From the NCBI GenBank assembly GCA_964362535.1, contig CAYIEN010000003.1, positions 6,018 to 70,017 on the forward strand: a stretch of 64,000 nt of DNA, read 5' to 3'. This DNA comes from an uncultured Methanosarcinales archaeon. GTDB lineage: Archaea > Nanobdellota > Nanobdellia > Woesearchaeales > ARS49. Both the position numbers and the translations under genes were made by a program. Under the pieces are notes generated by a model. It was given only the letters and a program-made list of their open reading frames with translations, searched no databases and was not told the origin of the DNA. Below, in pieces: positions 57,777-64,000 of this stretch (positions within the stretch are counted from its first letter, which is position 1; each line of letters opens with the position of its first letter).

Positions 57777-59591
57777 TTATCTCTTCATGATGTAAAGTTG
57801 CATTGGCACATTTCGAGTATCTCCGCCTTTGTAATCAATAGACTCAATTTTCATGGAGTGCTCTTTGGCCCAACTTTGCATGTGTTGTTCTTGTGCTTGT
57901 TCTGTTTTGAGCATGTGAGTATATCTTTTTTCTGAGAGAGGGCTGACGTTTAACGTCACGCCAATCATTCCCGGCTGCTTCAAATGAGCATACGCAAGTT
58001 CGAGTTCTCGCAATCCTGAAGGAGACAGGTGTCCGAGCCAGTCCAAAAATACCAAGTCAAACTGTTTGTTCGTTTTTTGTAGTGCTTCTTCTGCGCTTGA
58101 AAGTACGAGTTCGAGTCGTGAAAGGCGGCTTTCTTTAAGCAAGGAGTTTACTTTGCGCAGACTCTTGATGCGCGACATAACGTTGTATGCTCGTTCATCA
58201 CGTTCTGGAACAAGCGAGGTTCGTGAATCAATGTTCAATTTTTGTGCGAGAGCAAAATAGCTTCCGAATGTTGGGCCTTCAAGACCGAAATAAGAAATGC
58301 GTTTGTCTTTGAGAAATGAGTGTGCTTGTTCTGCAAAAATGTCTCGGATTTCTTGTTTTTCTCCATTCTTGAACGCATAGTATCCGAGAGGACTTAAGTC
58401 AATACCTTGCGCGCCAAGATGTTGATGAATGACGAACGCATCATACTTTCCTTCCCATCGGCTCTGTCTGTTTGCGCTCGTACCGTTAAAAAGTGTTGGA
58501 GTAACGAACGGTTTGACTGTTGCAAATTCTTTGTCATTCGTAACAAGGTCCATGATTGCCTCAACGTTACCTCCATAAGCACACGTGAGCATTCCCGCAA
58601 GAGTCGTTCCCCAGCGATTAATTGGCTTGCGAAAAAACGATTCTTCCGTTAGTACAGGTAAGATTTTTTTGAATCCAGAAACCATTTTAGGATTTACACC
58701 ATTCTCTTTTCCAAGAACCATGACGAGTGTTTTTGTTGCTTCGCGAGCAATAAGTGTCGGTTTTCCTTTTTTCTGCCACGTGTTTGCTGCTGCTTTAGGA
58801 AAGTCGTATGCTTGGAGGTCGCGGAAGTTTGCAAAGTCAGGATTGTGTGCAATCATGTCGAGAACGGCGTCGCTGGGACTGTTGTGATACGCACTGTGGA
58901 GTGTGCCGCAAAGGTTGGTTTCCCAGCGATTGATAGGTAGTGTGCGGAAGTTTACGGCAGTGAGTTCGGGAAGGATTGTTTTGAAGCCTTCGAGTGTGCG
59001 AACGTCAACGTTTTTGATCTTGCCAAGTTGGTAAATAAATTGTGTGGTTGCTTTTCGTGCAAGGTCTGTTGGTTTTCCTTCGTGACGCCATGCTTTAACG
59101 GGGGCTTTAGGAAAGTCGTAAGAACGTAAGTCGCGAACGTGTTTGAACTCATTGTCGTGCGTGACGAGGTCGAGTATTGCGTCGATGCAGCTTGCGCCGT
59201 ACGCTCTGTTCATCTGTCCAAGAAGCGTCGTACCCCACTTGTTAATGGGTGTATGCATGAACGATTCAGAAGTCAAGAAAGGAAGAACAGCTTTGAACCC
59301 GGCAAAAGTAGTATAATCAACTTTTTGTTCTTGCGCAACACGTTGAACTAGTGTTTTTGTGGCGAGCTGCGCATACGAAAGCCCAGGACGATCGCTCCCT
59401 TTCCAAACATTCTTCGTACCAGGAAAATCAAAAGGCCGCACCTCAATATGTCTTGCTTGCAGCATGCGTGACAATTCTTCCGCTTCATCAAGATGCAACT
59501 GAATGCCTAGAGACTTAACCACCTGCGGCCCCTCAAGAACAACCTGCTCAACAAGCGCGTCAAGACAGACCTCAACATGGCGTTTCGTCAT
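57777..59591 (-). CDS. Large protein with three about 90 aa tandem repeats and C-terminal class I SAM-methyltransferase-like (O-MTase family 3-like) domain
   Basis: Repeats (F/L)xGFKxxLPxLTxxxFxxxPINxWxTxLxGxxxxAYxxxxxDAxLDxxxHxxxFxxxRDLxxYDFPKA x3; C-term FDLVFLDWLGHLSPSGLRELELAYAHLKQPGMIGV resembles FDxIFIDAdK...L(k/r)pGG(l/v)i motif IV-VI. Confidence 0.45.
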   Translation of the reverse strand: MTKRHVEVCLDALVEQVVLEGPQVVKSLGIQLHLDEAEELSRMLQARHIEVRPFDFPGTKNVWKGSDRPGLSYAQLATKTLVQRVAQEQKVDYTTFAGFKAVLPFLTSESFMHTPINKWGTTLLGQMNRAYGASCIDAILDLVTHDNEFKHVRDLRSYDFPKAPVKAWRHEGKPTDLARKATTQFIYQLGKIKNVDVRTLEGFKTILPELTAVNFRTLPINRWETNLCGTLHSAYHNSPSDAVLDMIAHNPDFANFRDLQAYDFPKAAANTWQKKGKPTLIAREATKTLVMVLGKENGVNPKMVSGFKKILPVLTEESFFRKPINRWGTTLAGMLTCAYGGNVEAIMDLVTNDKEFATVKPFVTPTLFNGTSANRQSRWEGKYDAFVIHQHLGAQGIDLSPLGYYAFKNGEKQEIRDIFAEQAHSFLKDKRISYFGLEGPTFGSYFALAQKLNIDSRTSLVPERDERAYNVMSRIKSLRKVNSLLKESRLSRLELVLSSAEEALQKTNKQFDLVFLDWLGHLSPSGLRELELAYAHLKQPGMIGVTLNVSPLSEKRYTHMLKTEQAQEQHMQSWAKEHSMKIESIDYKGGDTRNVPMQLYIMKR

Positions 59592-59792
59592 TCCGCATCA
59601 CCCAGAATGTCAATGGTGAGCTTTACGACCTTTCCAGGGCCGAGCTCGCGCTGCAAGAGCGCGGGGATGACAATGATTGCCTGCCTTCCATGCTTGGCGA
59701 TTCTTTTGGTGATGGTGTACTGCATCATTGCTGTATGGGCTATACATCACCCTTTATAAAGTTACTCCTCCGAAGTAACAAATAAGCAAAGA

Positions 59793-59801
59793 TTTATAAA
59801 G
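59793..59801 (+). promoter_or_regulatory. TATA box (TTTATAAAG) for the MoxR/GXGXG operon; leaderless
   Basis: 22-26 nt upstream of ATG 59823. Confidence 0.5.
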
Positions 59802-59822
59802 GTCTCTTGGTTTTTGTCGTCT

Positions 59823-60341
59823 ATGGTCGGTTTTGACAAGAAGGAAAAGGAAGAGTTTGGCGTTCGCCACGCGAAGCCCGGACAATGGTACCAGTACGGC
59901 CAGTATGGTCAAGCTGACGATCTCGGCAGATTCTTGAGAATTGATGAAATGCACGCCTACTTCGACGAAACCATAGCCGAAGTCCATCGCGCTGACGGCA
60001 TGGAATGCATCACTCGCAAAGGAGAAATCGCCGTAAACCTCCAAGCAATCACCGACTTCTTCCCATCAAACCAAGAAGAAATACAACTCTGGCTCGGATA
60101 CCGCAACTGGCACCGACAATACCTCAACGAATTCGTCGCCATCAACATACCACAAATGGAACCAACAGTCGGCAAAGTCGTCAAAGCATACCGCAGCGCA
60201 TTCCACCTCAAACCATTCATCAGCGGAATCAGCACCAGAGAACTCATCGAAAACAAAGAAAAAATAGTCATCTTCAACACACCAGCAAGCATCGAAACCA
60301 TCACCAAAGAACAACTCGAACGATTCATAGCACACATCTGA
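59823..60341 (+). CDS. Hypothetical protein (173 aa), first gene of operon
   Basis: ORF-track start 59814 is TTG; ATG at 59823; no motif. Confidence 0.45.
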   Translation: MVGFDKKEKEEFGVRHAKPGQWYQYGQYGQADDLGRFLRIDEMHAYFDETIAEVHRADGMECITRKGEIAVNLQAITDFFPSNQEEIQLWLGYRNWHRQYLNEFVAINIPQMEPTVGKVVKAYRSAFHLKPFISGISTRELIENKEKIVIFNTPASIETITKEQLERFIAHI

Positions 60342-60351
60342 GGTAACAATC

Positions 60352-60900
60352 ATGACAAACGAATACCGTATTTACCGATACGACAAATGCACAAAACCAA
60401 GCAAAGGAAAAGAAGTACTCCTAACTGACGCAACAAACCGAGTTATCACTTTTCACAACCTTGTTAGCGATGCCCCTACTGATGTCAAAGCACTTTACGA
60501 AGTTCCCGTTGAAGTAGCAAAAGGAAACGCGCTTCACCACATTCCATCTAGAACTTATCCGCTGGAACCAATGGACATGATTCAGCCAGGACACTACTTC
60601 CGAATCAACTACATCCACACCCCGAACAACTTGACACCGCAAGACTACGGCATACCCAGCGACAACACATCCTTCCGAGTCCATGCAGTCAAAACTATCC
60701 CTGAAAAAGCATTTGAACAGCTTAAACAAGCATGCATCGCAAGCGCCAAGGAATGGTCTGCCCAATACCGCACAAAAACCAAATCGATTAACGCACAAAT
60801 TGCGGCAACAGAAAAACTCCTCAAAACACAAAACGCACAAAAAGACAAAATCGGACAAACCCACAATAAGGAATACCCAACACTCGAAAACCTACTCTAA
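60352..60900 (+). CDS. Hypothetical protein (182 aa), paralog A (N-terminal MTNEYR-YxYD...KGK..LTDATNR.ITF, C-terminal coiled coil)
   Basis: Tandem paralog of next gene. Confidence 0.45.
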   Translation: MTNEYRIYRYDKCTKPSKGKEVLLTDATNRVITFHNLVSDAPTDVKALYEVPVEVAKGNALHHIPSRTYPLEPMDMIQPGHYFRINYIHTPNNLTPQDYGIPSDNTSFRVHAVKTIPEKAFEQLKQACIASAKEWSAQYRTKTKSINAQIAATEKLLKTQNAQKDKIGQTHNKEYPTLENLL

Positions 60901-60908
60901 AAACGACC

Positions 60909-61463
60909 ATGACAAACAACGAATACCGCCTGTACCAATACGACAACTTTAAAGCAGTAAGCAAGGGCAAGAGTGCCGTACTGACTGATGCTACCAACCG
61001 CATTATCACTTTCGAAATACCAAGACGAGGCATCTTGCCGCTCGTTCAGGTTCTCCACAAAATTCCTACAGAAGTCATGGAACGAAAACTCAGTACTGGA
61101 AGCACAAGAATTCCTTCAGAAGAATACTGTACAGAAATACTGCAGCCCGGAGAATTCTTCCGCATCGGCTACCGCCCATCACTCAGCGAATGCTATGGTG
61201 ACGACGCCTACTCCCGAGTCCACACCGTCAAAAATCTCACTCCCGAAGAACTCAAAACAATCCAACAATCCTACGACTCAAGCCTCAAAAACTGGGAAGA
61301 CCACTACGAACGTCTTACCGAAGCACTCAACGCAAAAATTGAGGAAGCAGAAAAAGTTTTGAAAACTTCCGAAAAAGAACTCAACAAAATAACCACAGCA
61401 CACCGCAAACTCCAACCACAACTCGAAGACGTCCTCAAAGGCATTTGGAAACCATTTAAATAA
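60909..61463 (+). CDS. Hypothetical protein (184 aa), paralog B of previous gene
   Basis: Shares N-terminal block MTNNEYRLYQYD...SKGKSAVLTDATNRIITF. Confidence 0.45.
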   Translation: MTNNEYRLYQYDNFKAVSKGKSAVLTDATNRIITFEIPRRGILPLVQVLHKIPTEVMERKLSTGSTRIPSEEYCTEILQPGEFFRIGYRPSLSECYGDDAYSRVHTVKNLTPEELKTIQQSYDSSLKNWEDHYERLTEALNAKIEEAEKVLKTSEKELNKITTAHRKLQPQLEDVLKGIWKPFK

Positions 61464-61472
61464 AAAACTACC

Positions 61473-62765
61473 ATGGCAAACACTCTCCGCGACAAAGTCA
61501 TTGCATTGTACCGCAAGATTGGCGACTACCATTACGCTCCTGTTGATGGCAATGTTAACGGCAAACATTTTTCTACAAATCACGCATTAACAGCATTGAC
61601 CTTTTTGATGAACAAGACGCAATTAGCTCTCGGAGATCCCGGATGGGGTAAAACAACGGGAGCACAAGTCATTTCGAGCTTGTTCTCAGGACTCCCTTTC
61701 GATCTTTATCAAAGACTCATGATGAAGGGTCACCCAGGACAGTACGAAGAAAAATTGGTTGCTCGACCGCACTTCGGAGCCTTGTCTAAAGGTGACGAGC
61801 GAGTCGTGTGGCAAGGATACATCGGCATGGACGCCCTCATCGTTGATGAAATCAAGCACTTGCCCAAAGAAACACAAGCATTACTCTTAGAAGGCATCAG
61901 AACAGGAACGTGGACTTATTTGAACGATTCCATTGTCGAAGGAGAAAAACCCACCTACTTCACCTCTAACGATTGGGGCGAGGCTAACGGCGAAATCATG
62001 GAAGCACTCGCAGACCGAATCGCCGTAGTCATCGAAGAAAAAGCACTCCCTCCTCAACTTGATTTTGAATTAGCGGATGAAAGAGTCAAGAAAGACCTCT
62101 CGCGACCTGATGAAGCACAGCAATGCATTGATGAACTCGCAAAAAACAACTTCCAAGGCTTCAAAACCACTCTTGATTCAGTACGCAAAACTGGTTTGGC
62201 AAAAAATGACGCCGAAAAAGTCCGCACCGAAATCAAAAGCATGAAGCAGACATCCAACGACACCCACTACTTCCTGTGGGGATTGGCTTCAGAAATTAAC
62301 TTCTCTGAACAATACGGAGTCAAACGCGCACGAGACGCCGTCAGCGACCACACACATGACAAAAAGTATGCGGGAGTCAAGATGGCACGAAGCATGAGCC
62401 CACGACCCTTAATGGCAGCATGGCAGTACGCCCAAGGATTAGCTTGGCTTCTCGGAGACAAAACCGTCGACGTCAGCCACCTACAAACAATCATCCCTCA
62501 CGTACTCGCTCACCGTTCTAAATTCTCTAACGACTTCAAAAACTCGCATACTGGTGACGTTCGCAAAGATTATCAAGAACTACACCTTGCAAAAACACTC
62601 GTGAAGGAATACTTCGAAGGAACCTACACCAATTCTGTACTCAAAGTAAAGTCGGCAATCGAGGCTATCCAAAAAGGCCAGAAAATCAACGCAAAAGGCG
62701 CTGACCACCCGCTCGTACGGCAACTGGACTACTGGAACCAGAACATGCCGCAGAGCAACATTTGA
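61473..62765 (+). CDS. MoxR-like AAA+ ATPase
   Basis: Walker A LALGDPGWGKTT, Walker B LIVDEIKHLPKETQALLLEGIRTGTW (MoxR-type DEINRAPPKTQSALLEAMQE pattern), sensor region. Confidence 0.6.
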   Translation: MANTLRDKVIALYRKIGDYHYAPVDGNVNGKHFSTNHALTALTFLMNKTQLALGDPGWGKTTGAQVISSLFSGLPFDLYQRLMMKGHPGQYEEKLVARPHFGALSKGDERVVWQGYIGMDALIVDEIKHLPKETQALLLEGIRTGTWTYLNDSIVEGEKPTYFTSNDWGEANGEIMEALADRIAVVIEEKALPPQLDFELADERVKKDLSRPDEAQQCIDELAKNNFQGFKTTLDSVRKTGLAKNDAEKVRTEIKSMKQTSNDTHYFLWGLASEINFSEQYGVKRARDAVSDHTHDKKYAGVKMARSMSPRPLMAAWQYAQGLAWLLGDKTVDVSHLQTIIPHVLAHRSKFSNDFKNSHTGDVRKDYQELHLAKTLVKEYFEGTYTNSVLKVKSAIEAIQKGQKINAKGADHPLVRQLDYWNQNMPQSNI

Positions 62766-63478
62766 AACTAGCCGACTTAGTGGGAAATCTGTCTCCTGAA
62801 GAAAAATTCGAAAAGAACACGTTCGTTCCTGACAAAAACAGCCTTCAAAAGATCATAGATATTTATGACAAAAGCATTCAGTTGTCGTTCACTAATGATG
62901 ATGCACGAGTACAGCACGTAACGCGTGAACTTTCTACTGTGGAAGACTTACCACACGAATACTTACAATTAATCTCCGAACGCATTCCTGAACCGAGAGA
63001 TCATCGAATAAGTGATTTTCTTGGAGCTGTTTGCAAAAAGCTTATTGGAAATCCTACACTTATTCTTCATGAATTAAGATGGCGCTTCGGAGACAAACTT
63101 GATATCGGCGACAGAATCGTTACCGTTATTGGAAACGTTTCAGTTCTAGGTTCATGCATGCAATCAGGAACAATTCATTTGAAAGGATATGTGAACAGCG
63201 CAGGAACAGGAATGTATGGCGGGAAATTACTCGTTGAAGACACCTCATTTCAAACGGGACCTGGAATGCGAGGTGGTCACATTTACGTTAAAGGAGATAG
63301 CCATCACGTAGCCTGGGAAGCAACAGGAGGAACAATAACCTGCTATGGCGAAGCAACCGGACATTTAGGATACAAATCACACTCAGGCTGCACAATACAC
63401 CTTCAAGGAAACCAAATACCACTTATTGATAACGAGTGCAAAGCAACAATCTATCACCGAGGAAGGAAACTTCAATGA
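62762..63478 (+). CDS. GXGXG-motif beta-helix domain protein (glutamate synthase C-terminal / FwdC-like fold) with N-terminal unassigned about 110 aa
   Basis: Five successive G-x-x-M/x-x-GG-x-I-x-V/L-x-G turns: GSCMQSGTIHLKG, GTGMYGGKLLVE, GPGMRGGHIYVKG, ATGGTITCYG, SHSGCTIHLQG; ATGA overlap with AAA+ gene. Confidence 0.55.
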   Translation: MKLADLVGNLSPEEKFEKNTFVPDKNSLQKIIDIYDKSIQLSFTNDDARVQHVTRELSTVEDLPHEYLQLISERIPEPRDHRISDFLGAVCKKLIGNPTLILHELRWRFGDKLDIGDRIVTVIGNVSVLGSCMQSGTIHLKGYVNSAGTGMYGGKLLVEDTSFQTGPGMRGGHIYVKGDSHHVAWEATGGTITCYGEATGHLGYKSHSGCTIHLQGNQIPLIDNECKATIYHRGRKLQ

Positions 63479-64000
63479 AACTCGCAGACCTCGTAGGACA
63501 ACTCCGGTCGGAAGAACGTGTTGAGATGCGGGAAGTTCCGCGAATACCTTGCACATTTGACAACATTATGCAAGCATATTTGGAAAGCCGCAATATATAT
63601 GAACACGCATCTAATTCGTGGCAGCGTGACCTGCAAGGGGGATATATTCGTGAAGCTTTAGGAAAAATCGATGATGTTGAAGGTCAGTACTGGCAGCTTT
63701 TTTACGATCAAATTACCGCAAAAAAAATGAGAGGTCGTGAAGAACTTTTCTTTGATAGATTTATAGACGAACTTTGTCGGCATGTCTCCGATAAATCAGT
63801 AATTCATCTTAAAAAAGACACATACAACTTTGGAACAGGAATATCAACGGGAAAGACGATTACTATTACTGGAAATGTCGTTAATCTCTGCACTCGAATG
63901 CAATCAGGAACTATTCATTTTAATGGGAATGTTCAGGATGCCGGACGGTCAATGTTGGGCGGCAACCTCAAGGTCCAAAGCAAAAACACTCTTATGAGTT
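63475..64000 (+). CDS. GXGXG beta-helix protein, tandem paralog (3' partial, runs off window)
   Basis: Same N-terminus MKLADLVG... and CTRMQSGTIHFNG, GRSMLGGNLKVQS turns; ATGA overlap with previous. Confidence 0.5.
   Translation, partial: MKLADLVGQLRSEERVEMREVPRIPCTFDNIMQAYLESRNIYEHASNSWQRDLQGGYIREALGKIDDVEGQYWQLFYDQITAKKMRGREELFFDRFIDELCRHVSDKSVIHLKKDTYNFGTGISTGKTITITGNVVNLCTRMQSGTIHFNGNVQDAGRSMLGGNLKVQSKNTLMS

Noticed and set aside
1-64000. CRISPR arrays, rRNA genes, integrase/transposase genes
   Set aside because: Looked for short regularly spaced direct repeats, rRNA-like conserved blocks and tyrosine/serine recombinase or DDE motifs; none found. The only tandem DNA repeats are the (PT)n hexanucleotide tract and the 2x12-bp vapB operator repeat.

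Overview
This window looks like an archaeal chromosome segment. The informational genes are archaeal: RNA polymerase with split B'/B'' and A'/A'' subunits plus rpoH, ribosomal proteins L7Ae, S28e, L24e, L30e, S12, S7 and S10, aEF-2, EF-1alpha, NusA, and three tRNAs. The promoters carry a recurring TTTATAAAG box about 25-30 nt upstream of start codons, so transcripts are mostly leaderless. GC is moderate (about 45%). The many small hypothetical proteins, VapBC pairs, PIN/HIT/NTase genes and surface proteins give a DPANN-like or small-genome euryarchaeal flavour, but no taxon can be assigned from sequence alone.

From start to end the window contains:
- 1-6 kb: a bacterial-type suf Fe-S cluster operon on the minus strand. 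It runs from an HTH/Cys regulator through a DUF1858::A-type carrier fusion, then sufC, sufB, sufD, sufS and an IscU/SufU-like scaffold.
- 6-20 kb: a translation/housekeeping block with NUDIX, S10, EF-1alpha, MscL, ProX, EF-2, ndk, L24e, S28e and L7Ae. It is followed by a divergent cis-prenyltransferase homolog, a prepilin peptidase, two tandem HIT proteins, an archaeal pilin-like protein, an NFACT-R protein and YhbY.
- 20-34 kb: an accessory block with two VapBC pairs, three large unassigned proteins, a nucleotidyltransferase, surface proteins (lamin-tail-domain, PT-repeat anchored), and two membrane-anchored class-A beta-lactamase-like paralogs flanking a SemiSWEET-like gene.
- 34-45 kb: S7, S12, NusA, L30e and the RNA polymerase operon rpoH-B''-B'-(unknown 119 aa ORF)-A'-A'', preceded by tRNA-Lys.
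- 45-47 kb: MsrA, tRNA-Asp and an intron-containing tRNA-Tyr.
- 47-59.7 kb: an accessory island-like region with no recognisable integrase. It holds an RHH protein, a tandem Lrp/AsnC regulator, an HExxH protein, an operon of a SET-domain methyltransferase with a nucleoside 2-deoxyribosyltransferase-like protein and an unassigned 316 aa protein, a DUF4258/DUF2283 pair, a GNAT protein, and a large repeat protein with a C-terminal methyltransferase-like domain.
- 59.8-64 kb: a tightly packed plus-strand operon. It encodes three small unassigned proteins (two of them tandem paralogs), a MoxR-like AAA+ ATPase and two tandem paralogous GXGXG beta-helix proteins. This is my best candidate for an undescribed system.

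No CRISPR array, rRNA or integrase was seen. All functional calls rest on motif recognition by eye, with no database search.
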